A stretch of DNA of 64,000 nt from the NCBI GenBank assembly GCA_963841435.1, contig CAWJCS010000002.1:896001-960000 (forward strand), written 5' to 3'. Position 1 is the first letter of the stretch; each line of letters opens with the position of its first letter. Below are positions 53,272 to 63,169 of this stretch, in pieces. A program made the translations under genes and the position numbers. This DNA is from an uncultured delta proteobacterium (lineage in GTDB: Bacteria > Myxococcota_A > Polyangia > Polyangiales > Polyangiaceae). A model generated the notes under the pieces. It saw only the letters and a list, made by a program, of their open reading frames with translations. It had not been told where the DNA came from and did not search any database.

Positions 53272-53988
53272 TCAAAACGCATAGGACAGCTCGACGTTGC
53301 CGAGCACGGCGAGCGGCGGCTCGCCCCCGCGATCGCGCTGAAGCCCGGCGCCGTAGGAGCGGACCCCGCCGTGGAAGGCGAGCGCGAGGTGTGGGTTGAC
53401 CTGGTACCAGACGAGCCCGATCTCACCGCCAAAGTAGAGGTTTGGCTCGTCGGCGTTGGAAAAGCCGTAGATCGAGAGCACGTTCTGCTCGGAGACCTTC
53501 GCCACACCGAGGCTGCCTTGCGCGAGGATGGCAAGCACGCTGCCGAGCGGCACGGTGAAGCGGAGGCCCGCACCTCCGCCGTAATGGAAGTAGGAGCGCG
53601 GCGGCGGCGGCTCAGTGGCGTACGCCGTCGAGGCGAGCACGAGGTCGGCCTCGATGAACGGCATGAGCCAGGTGAGCACCTCGTAGCCGACGCGAACCTG
53701 GAACCACGGGGCGCTCGGCGTGATGTGCTTGAGCGATCCGACCTGGGTCACGACGCCGAGCCCGCTCTCGACCACGAAACCGTGGCGGCGTGGCGCGGGC
53801 AGGGGTGTCTCCTCGGCGGGCTCGGCACCCGTATCGGCGGGCGCGCCGCCGGGCTCGGCATCGAGCCACTTCTCGATCTCGCCCGGAGTGATCGGTCGCT
53901 CCTGCGGCTCGTTCTGGGCAGCGAGCGCCGCGCGCGGCGCCAGCCCCAAAACGAGCGCCCCGAGCGCGCCGAGGGCAAAGAGCCGCAT
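53272..53988 (-). CDS. Putative small outer-membrane beta-barrel protein
   Basis: Signal peptide; alternating Gly/aromatic beta-strands; ends GNVELSYAF. Confidence 0.65.
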   Translation of the reverse strand: MRLFALGALGALVLGLAPRAALAAQNEPQERPITPGEIEKWLDAEPGGAPADTGAEPAEETPLPAPRRHGFVVESGLGVVTQVGSLKHITPSAPWFQVRVGYEVLTWLMPFIEADLVLASTAYATEPPPPRSYFHYGGGAGLRFTVPLGSVLAILAQGSLGVAKVSEQNVLSIYGFSNADEPNLYFGGEIGLVWYQVNPHLALAFHGGVRSYGAGLQRDRGGEPPLAVLGNVELSYAF

Positions 53989-54093
53989 CCCCTCAGCGTA
54001 GCAAAGCCGACCGGGCGACCACAACACGCGCGCTCTTCGAGCCTTTCGGTCGCGGGCGCGCCCGTGGCGCAGGTTATCCCACACGGTCGGGCG

Positions 54094-54645
54094 TCACTCG
54101 CCCTTCTTCTTCTTCTTCGCCTTGGCGCCCTTCGCGAGGGCGGGCACGACGGGAGGCGGCGGCGCTTCGCGTGCCGACTTCTCGCGCGGCTTCGCGTCGG
54201 GCTGCTCCTCGGACTCGGGGGCCAAGGCCGCCTCGGGCTTGGCAGGCGCGGCGGCGCGCGGGGGCGCGAACGCGGCGGGCGCTCGTGCAGGGCTGCCACC
54301 GAGGCGCCGTCCGGCGGCCAGCGGCGGCTCTCCGTCGGTGCGCACGAGCCCACGAACGAGCGCGCCGGTCGAGACGCCGATGCGCGGCGCCGTGAGGTCG
54401 CCGACGACGCGCGCCCCGCGCTCGAGCATCACGCTCTCGCTCGCGCGCACGTCTCCCTGGACGGCACCGGCGATGGTGATCGCGGCACCGGAAACGTTGC
54501 CTTTGACGCCGCTTTCCTCGCCGAGCGAAATGTCGCCCCCGACGTTCACGTCGCCGTCAACGCGGCCGAGGATCTCGAGGTTGCCGCTGCCGCGCACGTT
54601 GCCGCGCACGACCGTGCTGCGTCCGATGACCGATGCGCCGTTCAC
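54094..54645 (-). CDS. bacP: Bactofilin with Pro/Ala-rich extension and basic tail (BacP-like)
   Basis: SVIGRSTVVRGNV..LEILGRVDGDV..GDLTAPRI; tail PPPPVVPALAKGAKAKKKKKGE. Confidence 0.8.
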   Translation of the reverse strand: MNGASVIGRSTVVRGNVRGSGNLEILGRVDGDVNVGGDISLGEESGVKGNVSGAAITIAGAVQGDVRASESVMLERGARVVGDLTAPRIGVSTGALVRGLVRTDGEPPLAAGRRLGGSPARAPAAFAPPRAAAPAKPEAALAPESEEQPDAKPREKSAREAPPPPVVPALAKGAKAKKKKKGE

Positions 54646-54658
54646 TCGTGATCTCCCG

Positions 54659-54973
54659 TCACACGTCCATGTCAACGTTGCCCTTGAACGAGGCACCGTC
54701 TGCAATGGTCAGCCGCGCGGCCTTCACGTCCCCGATCAGACGCCCCCCGGCCTGCAAGTCGACGCGCTCGGCCGCCGTGACGTCGCCCGTCACCTGACCG
54801 GCGATCGTGAGGCTCTGAGCGGTCACGTCCGCTTCGACCACGGCGGAGCTGCCCACCGAGACGGCGTCGGTCGTGGTGAGCTTGCCGCGCAAGTTGCCTT
54901 GCACGACGACCTCTTCCTCGCTCGTCAGATCGCCCTCGATGTTGAGCCCTTCTCCAATCACGGTGCCTGCCAT
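54659..54973 (-). CDS. bacO: Bactofilin (BacO-like)
   Basis: TVIGEGLNIEGDL..VEADV..IAGQVTGDV..IADGASFKGNVDMD. Confidence 0.82.
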   Translation of the reverse strand: MAGTVIGEGLNIEGDLTSEEEVVVQGNLRGKLTTTDAVSVGSSAVVEADVTAQSLTIAGQVTGDVTAAERVDLQAGGRLIGDVKAARLTIADGASFKGNVDMDV

Positions 54974-54998
54974 GGTCGTCTCCGCTCTCTTTTCGTGG

Positions 54999-55358
54999 TC
55001 AGCGCCGGCGCGCGGCGCCGAGGTCGAGCTCGATCTGCGTGTCGAGGCGCACCGACACGCGCGAGCCGGGCTCGATGGAAATTTCGCTGGCCCGGAGCTC
55101 TCCGCGCACGACGGCGCCTGCCCGAACCGCGATCGGCCCGCGAGTGACGGCGTCCCCGAGGAGCTGCCCCGAGACCTCGAGGCTCTCGGCGTGGAGGTTG
55201 CCCTCGACGCTCGCGCCCTCGGCGACCTCGGCCGGGCCGCTGACGCTCACGTCGCCTTTGACGTTGCCCTCGATGCGCAGGGCACCTTCGCCGCTCAACC
55301 GTCCGGTGACACGTGTGGACGGGCCGAGGACGCTGCCTTCCGTAATGACTCTGGCCAT
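54999..55358 (-). CDS. bacN: Bactofilin (BacN-like by position)
   Basis: SVLGPSTRVTGRLSGEGALRIEGNVKGDV beta-helix repeats; first gene of a tandem triplet. Confidence 0.72.
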   Translation of the reverse strand: MARVITEGSVLGPSTRVTGRLSGEGALRIEGNVKGDVSVSGPAEVAEGASVEGNLHAESLEVSGQLLGDAVTRGPIAVRAGAVVRGELRASEISIEPGSRVSVRLDTQIELDLGAARRR

Positions 55359-55439
55359 CGGGGACGGCCGGGCACGCTAGTACCAAGCGCCCCAAATTGG
55401 AACCTGCCGCGCGACTGGCCCGATTTGAAGGGGCAGGGC

Positions 55440-56135
55440 TCACGCCGGCCGGAGCGCTCCGAGCACTTCCTCGGCCCGGGGCACCGATCGCAAGAGCCCC
55501 GCGGCGTAGAGTCGCCGCCGCTCTTCTTCGGAGAGGTCGCCCTCGCGCCCGGCCGTCGCCGCCCGCACGAGGAGCGCCGCCGCGACGCTGAGGTTCAGGC
55601 TCTCGACGAACCCCCGCATCGGCACGCGCACGGCCCGGCTCGCCGCGGCGGCGAGGGTCGCGCCGATACCCTCCGTCTCGTTGCCGAAAACCAGACACAC
55701 GCGGTCGATGCCGGCCAGGTCCTCGGGCACGAGCTCGCCCTTCGGATGCGTCGCGACGAGCGCGAATCCGCGCGCGGTGAGCGCGGCGACGGCCGCGTCG
55801 CTCGTTTCGTGGAGCACGGTCTCCACCCAGCGCTCGGTGCCTTGCGAGACCTTGCGGCCGAAGGAAAACGGCTGCTCGCTCGGGATTACGTTGAGCTCCG
55901 GCACGCCGAATGCGTCGCACGAGCGCAGGGCAGCGGCGACGTTGTGCGGGTCATTCGGCGAGTCCATGAGCAACGTCACGCTGCCGATGCGCGCTGCCGT
56001 GACGCCCGCGAGCCGGCCCAAGCGGCGCGCCTCCGAGAGCGGCTCGAGGGCCCGAATCACCCCTTCGCCGCTCCAACCCGGCGGTAAAGCGGGTCGGCCG
56101 GGGGTAAGCAGAGGTGCGCGGCGCGTTTCGGTCAT
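55440..56135 (-). CDS. trmH: SPOUT RNA methyltransferase, TrmH family
   Basis: DPHNVAAALRSCDAFG, VFGNETEG, VPMRGFVESLNLSVAA. Confidence 0.85.
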   Translation of the reverse strand: MTETRRAPLLTPGRPALPPGWSGEGVIRALEPLSEARRLGRLAGVTAARIGSVTLLMDSPNDPHNVAAALRSCDAFGVPELNVIPSEQPFSFGRKVSQGTERWVETVLHETSDAAVAALTARGFALVATHPKGELVPEDLAGIDRVCLVFGNETEGIGATLAAAASRAVRVPMRGFVESLNLSVAAALLVRAATAGREGDLSEEERRRLYAAGLLRSVPRAEEVLGALRPA

Positions 56136-56248
56136 CGTCGAAAGGTGCGGCCGACCCTAGCAAAAGCCTGCGGGCGCCCCGCATGGTGGGTCGGGGGATT
56201 GCCCTCGGTCGTTCCGGCACTATGTTGTCCGGACCCCTGGAGAAGCTC

Positions 56249-56572
56249 ATGGCGTCCGAAAAGATCCACGTGTTCAATGATCTCAACTTCGACTCGGAGG
56301 TGCTGTCGGCCGGCGTCCCCGTGCTGGTGGACTTCACCGCCACCTGGTGCGGCCCCTGCAAGGCGCTCGCGCCGATCGTCGATCAGATTGCGACGGAGCT
56401 TGACGGTAAGATCAAGGTCGGCAAGCTCGACGTGGACGATTCCCCGCTCACGGCGGGCAAATACGGCGTGCGCGGCGTCCCCACCGTCATGGTGTTCAAG
56501 AACGGTCAGCGGTCGGCGCAGCACGTCGGGTTGACGACGAAGCAGAAGCTGCTCGCTCTGGTCGATATGTGA
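56249..56572 (+). CDS. trxA: Thioredoxin
   Basis: VLVDFTATWCGPCK, YGVRGVPT; 107 aa. Confidence 0.96.
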   Translation: MASEKIHVFNDLNFDSEVLSAGVPVLVDFTATWCGPCKALAPIVDQIATELDGKIKVGKLDVDDSPLTAGKYGVRGVPTVMVFKNGQRSAQHVGLTTKQKLLALVDM

Positions 56573-59500
56573 GGCGGGGTCCGCTCGGTCTAGCGCTGGC
56601 GCTTTTGGCGGCGGGCTGCGCGCCGGCGGCCGTCGAGCGGCGGCGTCCCGAGCCACCCTCGCGCCCCGCGCTCACGCCGCTCCCGCCCACGGCGACGTGG
56701 CGTTACCACCCGCGCACGCCGGCACGCATGCTGGCGCGGGCCAATCTCGGCAACGGCCGCGTGCTCTTCGCGGGGTTGCGCGGGGAGCGTTGGCTCTACG
56801 ACGGCTCGCACAAGGCGCTCGAAGCGGCCGTGCCCGCGCCCGAGGATCTCGTCGCCATTCTCAATGATCCCTCGGCCGGGCGCTGGTTCGTCGGCGCCAG
56901 CGGCACGACCTACCGTGCCCTCACCGCGCTCGGGCCGTTCGTCGAGGCGCTCGCCCCCTTCGACCCCGTGGCGCGTGTCTCCGGCGCCGGGTCGATCCTG
57001 CTCGCCGTCGGGCGCGACGGGCGCCTGTCACGCAGCGCGGATCAAGGCCGCACGTGGTCGTCCGTCGGGCCCGGGGGCACGCGGTTCGTCAACGTTGCCG
57101 TCGACGGCTCGGGCGCGGCGCTCGCGCTTTCCTCGCCGGAGGCGCTTTCGTTCAGCCTCGATGGCGGTAAGACCTTCGAGCCGCTCGGTGTCGACCCCGG
57201 GGGCGCGCTGGGCCTCAAGCGGGACGAGAGCGGCGCCGGCATCGACGTGCTCGGCGTGCTGGGAACGCGGCGCTGGTCGCGGTCGGAGCCGCGCGCGCTG
57301 TCGCCCGAGCCAAAGGTCAGGAGCGCCCTTTTGCCTCCCGGGGGCGAGGCGCCCCTCGGCGCCGACGCGGGGGCCCTCGCCGAGGGGCGCGCCGCGCTCG
57401 GCGACGACGGGTACCTGGAGGCGCGGCTTTCCGACGAAGAATCCCGAACGTGGGTGCTCGTCTCGGGTCCGCTCGGCGGACCGCTCGAGGCGACGCCGCT
57501 CGAGCTCGCGAAGGGTTGCCGCAACGTGCGGCTCGCCGCCTTCGGCGATGCCGCATACGTCGCCTGCTTTCGCGCGGGCCCGTCGAGCAGCCAGCCCGTC
57601 GAGCTGTTCGCGCGGCGCGGCAACGGCGCGTTCGCGGCGGCATCGCCGTCGTTCTTCGCGAAGCTCGCCGATTTTCGCATGGCGGCCGGGGCCGGGGGAG
57701 CGCTCTTGCTCTCGGGCGTCTGCCAGCCGAGCGCCGATGGCCCCGGGTGCGGGCCACTTGGCGTCCTCGAGCGCCGTGCCGTGCACGCGGCGCGCACGAA
57801 AGCGGCGTCCAGCGAGGAGCGCTTCGAGCTCGCCGTATCCGCCACGCCTTCGCTCGCCGACAGCGCGTTCGACCTGACGTTCGATGCCGACGGACGCGTC
57901 GCCTTCGCCGTCGGCGGCACGACCAAGGGCGCCGGGCTCGCGCTGTTCGTGTCCGTCGACGGCGGGCACACCTTCGAGCCGAGGGAGCTCGGCGAGCTCG
58001 GCGTCGACGCGAACGAGGTCGAGGCACGTGTCGGCATGCTGAGCCCCGCCTCGGACGGCACGACGGCGCTCGTCCTGCGCGGGGCGCGCGGCACTGCGAC
58101 GCTGCTCGTGTTCGACAACCGCGGGCAGCTGCTGCGCGCCGGCTCGCCGCCGGAGCGCGCGCTCGTCGGCGGGGCCGGGCTCCACGCGCTCGCCCTCGGC
58201 GCCGAGAGCGGCACTGTGTGGGAGTCGCTCGACGGCGGTGCCAGCTTCCAGGATCGCGGCCGCGTGCCGCTCGCGCTGTGCCCGGGTGACACCGCCTGCG
58301 ACGTGCCCGTCCGCTGCTCGAGCCACGGCTGCGTCGTCGGCGACGAGCTCACGCGGATCGGCTGGGGCATGCCGGACGCAAACGAGCTCGAAATGGCCTC
58401 GCCCGTGGAGGACTCACCGGCCGGCGTCGAGCGGCGCCTGAGCACGCCCATTGCGTGCGTGCTCGATGCGGCCCCCTTTCGCGCCCTTCCGGGCGCGACC
58501 GACCTGCCCGACGCCGAGAACACCGCGCTCGGCGACGTGGCCTGGTTCTCGACGAGCATCAACCTCGAGACGGCCTCGGCCGTCAGCTACCACGCGCACG
58601 GAGGGCCGCGGCCGCGCGTCGAGGCCGTGACGGTGTTGCCGCCGGCGCGGGACGTAACGGGGCTGGCGTTCACGGCGCTGGCGCAGGTCGAGGGGCTCGC
58701 CGTGCTCCGCTACCGTGTGCCCGACCCTCGCGCCAAGGAAGCGCGGCTGCGGGACGTCGAGGTGGGTTGGGACAACATGCTCGAGGGCCGCGTCGTGCGG
58801 CAGCGGTTCGCCGACGGTGGCGATTACGTGCCGGGCGACTTCGAGCGGGGCTCGGGCGCCGTCCAGCTCGCGCGCCCGGACCTGCTCAGCATCGGCGAGC
58901 ACGGGATCTATCTTCGGGTCCATGCCAAGGTGCGCGAGCGCCAGCCGACGCTCTTTCTCGACGGCAAGAGTGTCGTCACGCTGCCGCCCATCGTGTGGCC
59001 GGCCGGCGTTCCGCGCGATCACCTCGAGATGGCGCACCTCGGTGCCGACCACGTGGGGCTCGCGTTCATCCGCAAGACGAGCGCCGTGGTGCGGGCGCGC
59101 CGCGAGGGCGATGCCTGGACGTTTCAGGCCGCGACCGTGGGCCTGCCGGACCCCGAGGCGCTCGGGAAGCTCGGCCTGGTTTCCATCACCTACTCCGACG
59201 GCCGGGCCGCGTTGCACGTCGAGGAGCTCGACCAGGACGGGCGCGAAGCCCTGGCGCGCGTCGTGGCGCTGCGGCCCGACGGGCCGGTGACCGAGGCGCC
59301 GCGCTCGGCGCCGACGCAGGCGTCGTTGCCGGCCGTGCCGCGGCCGTGCGGCGATGCCACCAAGCGCTCGAGCGCGCGCGTCGTCGCGCACGTGTTTCCC
59401 GGCGCCCGTCACCCCGTCGTCGTTACCGACGCGCTCGAGCCGCCGCGCTCGCTCGTGACGGGCGACGCCGTGCTGTTCGGTAGCGCCGAGGAGCCTTGCG

Positions 59501-59736
59501 CCGCGTCGTACGAGCTCGTGCCGGTGACGGGCACGGCGGCTGAGCCGGCCGCGCCCGAACGCGGTGTGCTTCTGCTCGACAATCTTTCCCACGCCTGGCT
59601 CGTGCGCCAGGTGCGCGAGCCGAGTGCCGAGCGCGCGAGCATCGAGTACCGCACCATGGCGTGCCGTTTCGAGCCGAATCTGGAGGTGCCGGAGGAGATC
59701 CTGAAGTCTCCCGAGGCGTTGGCGCCGAGGAGGTAA
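56569..59736 (+). CDS. Large lipoprotein with Asp-box (BNR) repeats, probable beta-propeller
   Basis: Lipobox LLAAG-C; four SxDxGxT/SW/F motifs (SADQGRTW, SLDGGKTF, SVDGGHTF, SLDGGASF); Cys clusters. Confidence 0.75.
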   Translation: MRRGPLGLALALLAAGCAPAAVERRRPEPPSRPALTPLPPTATWRYHPRTPARMLARANLGNGRVLFAGLRGERWLYDGSHKALEAAVPAPEDLVAILNDPSAGRWFVGASGTTYRALTALGPFVEALAPFDPVARVSGAGSILLAVGRDGRLSRSADQGRTWSSVGPGGTRFVNVAVDGSGAALALSSPEALSFSLDGGKTFEPLGVDPGGALGLKRDESGAGIDVLGVLGTRRWSRSEPRALSPEPKVRSALLPPGGEAPLGADAGALAEGRAALGDDGYLEARLSDEESRTWVLVSGPLGGPLEATPLELAKGCRNVRLAAFGDAAYVACFRAGPSSSQPVELFARRGNGAFAAASPSFFAKLADFRMAAGAGGALLLSGVCQPSADGPGCGPLGVLERRAVHAARTKAASSEERFELAVSATPSLADSAFDLTFDADGRVAFAVGGTTKGAGLALFVSVDGGHTFEPRELGELGVDANEVEARVGMLSPASDGTTALVLRGARGTATLLVFDNRGQLLRAGSPPERALVGGAGLHALALGAESGTVWESLDGGASFQDRGRVPLALCPGDTACDVPVRCSSHGCVVGDELTRIGWGMPDANELEMASPVEDSPAGVERRLSTPIACVLDAAPFRALPGATDLPDAENTALGDVAWFSTSINLETASAVSYHAHGGPRPRVEAVTVLPPARDVTGLAFTALAQVEGLAVLRYRVPDPRAKEARLRDVEVGWDNMLEGRVVRQRFADGGDYVPGDFERGSGAVQLARPDLLSIGEHGIYLRVHAKVRERQPTLFLDGKSVVTLPPIVWPAGVPRDHLEMAHLGADHVGLAFIRKTSAVVRARREGDAWTFQAATVGLPDPEALGKLGLVSITYSDGRAALHVEELDQDGREALARVVALRPDGPVTEAPRSAPTQASLPAVPRPCGDATKRSSARVVAHVFPGARHPVVVTDALEPPRSLVTGDAVLFGSAEEPCAASYELVPVTGTAAEPAAPERGVLLLDNLSHAWLVRQVREPSAERASIEYRTMACRFEPNLEVPEEILKSPEALAPRR

Positions 59737-59837
59737 CGGGCTGGCTGGGGCCGGTGGGGCCGTGAGGTCGAGCTCCGCTCGATGCGCTTTTCCGCGCGGC
59801 TCCGGGCGGGCCTCCGTGGTATCGCCCCGCCTGTCCC

Positions 59838-61136
59838 ATGATCCCCCGCTACACGCCCAAGGATTTCGCCGAGCTCTGGTCCGATCGTAACCGCTATGCG
59901 ACCTGGCTCGAGGTGGAGCTTTGCGCCTGCGAAGCTCTCGAGACGGCGGGGCAGGTGCCGCGCGGGACGGCCGAGCGCCTGCGCGCGCTCAAGCTCGCTC
60001 TCGACCCGGCGGAGATCGAGCGCATCGAGCAGACGACTCGCCACGACGTGATCGCGTTCCTTTCGCACGTGGAAAGCCTCGCGGGGGACCCCGCGCGCTG
60101 GCTGCACCGCGGGATGACCTCGAGCGACGTGCTCGACACGAGCTTCGCGTGCCTGCTGGTCAAGGCGACGGACCTGCTGATCACGCGCACCGACCGGCTG
60201 ATCGAGAAGCTCGTCGTGCGCGCCCGCGAGCACGCGAAGACGCCGCTCATCGGGCGCTCCCACGGCATCCACGCCGAGCCGACGACGTTCGGCGTGGCGC
60301 TCGCCGGACATCTCGCCGAGTTTCGTCGGGGCCGCACGCGGCTCGTGCGGGCGCGCGCCGAGATCGCGGTGGGCAAGCTCGCGGGCGCCGTCGGCACCTA
60401 CGCGCACCTGAGCCCGGAGATCGAAGAGCAGGCGCTGTCGCGGCTCGGTCTCGAGGCCGAGACCGTGTCGACGCAGGTGGTGGCGCGCGATCGTCACGCC
60501 GCGCTGTTTGCCGCGCTCGCGCTCGTCGCCGCCGGCATCGAGCGCTTGGCCACGAACGTGCGCCATTGGCAGCGCACCGAGGTCGGTGAGGCCGAGGAGC
60601 GCTTTGCCGCGGGGCAGAAGGGCTCGAGCGCGATGCCACACAAGCGAAACCCCGTGCTGAGCGAGAATCTGTGTGGGCTCGCGCGCGTCGTGCGTGCCGC
60701 GGTCACTCCGGCGCTCGAAAACGTGGCGCTCTGGCACGAGCGCGACATCTCGCATTCTTCCGTGGAGCGCATGCTGGCGCCCGACGCGACGGCGACCCTG
60801 GCGTTCATGCTCGACCGGGCGGCGGGCCTCGTCGAAGGGCTCGTCGTCTACCCCGAGCGGCTCGCCGCGAACCTCGAGCGCACGGGGGGCCTTTTCTTCA
60901 GCGAAGGGGTCATGCTCGCGCTCGTCGACAAGGGACTTTTGCGCCAGAAGGCGTACGAAATCGTCCAGCGCAGCGCGATGCGCGCGTTCTCCGGCGAGGG
61001 GGCGTTTCGGGCGCTGCTCGGCGAGGATCCCGACGTCACGTCGCGCGTCTCGCCGAGCGAGCTCGACGCGTGTTTCGACCTCGAGCACGCTCTTCGTTAC
61101 GCCGAGTCGATCGTCGAGCGCGCCGTGCGCGGCTGA
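59838..61136 (+). CDS. purB: Adenylosuccinate lyase
   Basis: [54 protein letters not shown]. Confidence 0.97.
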   Translation: MIPRYTPKDFAELWSDRNRYATWLEVELCACEALETAGQVPRGTAERLRALKLALDPAEIERIEQTTRHDVIAFLSHVESLAGDPARWLHRGMTSSDVLDTSFACLLVKATDLLITRTDRLIEKLVVRAREHAKTPLIGRSHGIHAEPTTFGVALAGHLAEFRRGRTRLVRARAEIAVGKLAGAVGTYAHLSPEIEEQALSRLGLEAETVSTQVVARDRHAALFAALALVAAGIERLATNVRHWQRTEVGEAEERFAAGQKGSSAMPHKRNPVLSENLCGLARVVRAAVTPALENVALWHERDISHSSVERMLAPDATATLAFMLDRAAGLVEGLVVYPERLAANLERTGGLFFSEGVMLALVDKGLLRQKAYEIVQRSAMRAFSGEGAFRALLGEDPDVTSRVSPSELDACFDLEHALRYAESIVERAVRG

Positions 61137-61882
61137 GCGGCTCGCTCTACCGAGTCGATCGTCGAACGCACCGTGCGCGGCCGGGCGGCGTGCTCGGACA
61201 GCGCGCGACGCGCCACGACCCAGAGCACGCCGAGCGCGTGCCAGGGCCGCACGCCGCTTTGCTCGTCGGCGTACACGGGTCGTACTGGCACCTCGACGAC
61301 GGCGAGCCCGCGAGCCGCGAGCATGCCGAGCAGGTCGTTCGGGTAGCCGTAGCGCGGCCACAGCTCGTCGAGTGGCAGCCGCCGCGCCGCGCTCGCGCCG
61401 AGGGCCGTGAAGCCGCACTGGCAATCGCTCACCTGGAGGCCCGTCGCGAGCCGGGTCGCGGCCGAGAGCAACGAGCCCGCGAGGCGCCGAGCGAACGGCA
61501 TGCGCCTGGCCTCGGAGTGCACGAAGCGATTGCCCTTCGCATAGTCGGCGCCGGACGCCACGGCGGCGACGAGCGGCGGCATGTCGTCGGGGTGCATCTG
61601 GTCGTCGCCCGCCATCACGACGAGCACGTCGTGCCCGTCGCGCAGGGCGGCGTGATAGCCGGTGGCGATCGCCGCTCCGACGCCACGGTTCGTGGCGTGA
61701 ACGAGGCATCGCACGCGGGGGTCGGCGACGCTCGCGACGGCGGCCCGCGTCCCGTCCGGGCTCGCGTCGTCCACCACGTAGACCCCGTCGACGCCCGCCG
61801 GCAGGCGCCCGAGCATGCGCGCGACGAGCCGCCCCTCGCGGAAGGCGGGAACGATCACGGCGACGCTGAGCCCGAACAACAC
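61097..61882 (-). CDS. Glycosyltransferase family 2 (DPM-synthase-like)
   Basis: [45 protein letters not shown]. The 3' end overlaps purB convergently. Confidence 0.88.
   Translation of the reverse strand: MLFGLSVAVIVPAFREGRLVARMLGRLPAGVDGVYVVDDASPDGTRAAVASVADPRVRCLVHATNRGVGAAIATGYHAALRDGHDVLVVMAGDDQMHPDDMPPLVAAVASGADYAKGNRFVHSEARRMPFARRLAGSLLSAATRLATGLQVSDCQCGFTALGASAARRLPLDELWPRYGYPNDLLGMLAARGLAVVEVPVRPVYADEQSGVRPWHALGVLWVVARRALSEHAARPRTVRSTIDSVERAAQPRTARSTIDSA
61102..61181. repeat. Imperfect 32-bp direct repeat (period 48 bp) at the purB/GT2 junction
   Basis: CCGAGTCGATCGTCGAGCGCGCCGTGCGCGGC (61102-61133) vs CCGAGTCGATCGTCGAACGCACCGTGCGCGGC (61150-61181); 2 mismatches. Confidence 0.85.
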
Positions 61883-62013
61883 GGCGCGCGAGCCTTTCTC
61901 GCGGACGGCACGGCTGTCAACCGCGGCTCGCACGATGGCGCTCGCGCTCGCGCCTCGAATCGGGCGCGGCGCGCGGGCTTGCCGAACGACGCGCGGCCGC
62001 GTAAAGCGCCCTC

Positions 62014-62616
62014 GTGAGCCCGAAACGACACAAGCTCGTGCTCGGCGGCGCCGCGCTCGCCGGGCTCGCGCTCGCGCTCTACCTGGTGCTGCCGCACGTC
62101 TTCTTCCCGAGCGATCGCACGCCCGAGGGCGCCTACTACCGCGTGATGATCGCCGTGAACCGAGCGTCGGCCGTGGCGCTCTTTCCCTACCTCGAGACGC
62201 CGGCGCAGCATGCCTGCTACACGATTCGCGACTACCGCAAGAAATCGCGTGCGCGCGTGCTCGCCGCGTACCCCGAGCCCGAGCGGTCGCGCCTCGCCGC
62301 GCAACACTCCGAGGAAGCCGCGGCGCCGGACGGCGCCGACGTGTTCGCGCTCTACGCCGCCCGGCTCGGGTACCTCGACCGGCTGCGCCGCGATCTCTCC
62401 GGCATCGCGCGCATCGAAACGCACGGTGACCGCGCGAGCGTCGAGACGGTGCGCGGCACGCGCTATCCGTTCCGGCGTCGGCCCGAAAACGGCATCTGGG
62501 GTCTCACGCTCTTCACGGGGACGCTCACGGCCGAGGCCGAGCGCGCCGCGCGCGACTTTGCGCTCATCGAGCGCGCCGCCGCCGACTACGAACGAGCGCG
62601 CCGCGCCGGCGGGTAG
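62014..62616 (+). CDS. Hypothetical membrane-anchored protein
   Basis: N-terminal TM helix; coding-like composition; no motif recognised. Confidence 0.65.
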   Translation: MSPKRHKLVLGGAALAGLALALYLVLPHVFFPSDRTPEGAYYRVMIAVNRASAVALFPYLETPAQHACYTIRDYRKKSRARVLAAYPEPERSRLAAQHSEEAAAPDGADVFALYAARLGYLDRLRRDLSGIARIETHGDRASVETVRGTRYPFRRRPENGIWGLTLFTGTLTAEAERAARDFALIERAAADYERARRAGG

Positions 62617-62634
62617 GGGTTTTGCGCTCGAGCG

Positions 62635-63063
62635 TCAGCCCGCGCGCTTGAGGTCGGGGTAGGCGCGGCCGGGCGGGGCGCCGAGCTCGCTTGGCAGCCC
62701 GAGGCGACTCCAGCCCGGAAGAAGCTGTCCGAACGGATCGCGCGCCGCGTCCCAGCCCGCGGGCATCTCGACGACGCCCGTGAAGCCGGCCTGCTTGAGC
62801 TGCTCGGCCGCGCGGCGGGAGCGCACTCCCGTCTTGCAGCCAACGACGATTTTTGCTTGCTTGCCGAGCACGCGCTCGACCACGGCGACGAAGTCGGGGT
62901 TCGGGACGACGCCGCCCGGTGCCGGCTGGTTGATCGGCACGTTGTACGCCCCCGGCGGGTGCCCGGCTTCGAACTCCTTCTCGCTGCGCACGTCCAGGTA
63001 GCTGTAGCCGTCGGCGAGCAGCGCCTGGGCCTGTTCGGGGCTCACCTCGTTGGGCTCGGCCAT
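62635..63063 (-). CDS. Rhodanese-like domain protein
   Basis: YLDVRSEKEFEAGHPPGAYNVP, active-site loop CKTGVRS, GWDA. Confidence 0.9.
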   Translation of the reverse strand: MAEPNEVSPEQAQALLADGYSYLDVRSEKEFEAGHPPGAYNVPINQPAPGGVVPNPDFVAVVERVLGKQAKIVVGCKTGVRSRRAAEQLKQAGFTGVVEMPAGWDAARDPFGQLLPGWSRLGLPSELGAPPGRAYPDLKRAG

Positions 63064-63169
63064 CGCCGTCCGGTTATCACCCGGCTGGCACCCGCGCAAA
63101 GCGGCACACGAAGGCGCCCCGCACGAGCTCGGGTCTTCGGCCGAGATCCGTGCCATCGTCGACCGCTCC

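Noticed and set aside
61102..61181. Direct repeat as a mini CRISPR array
   Set aside because: Only two copies with a 16-bp spacer, lying within coding sequence, and no cas genes.
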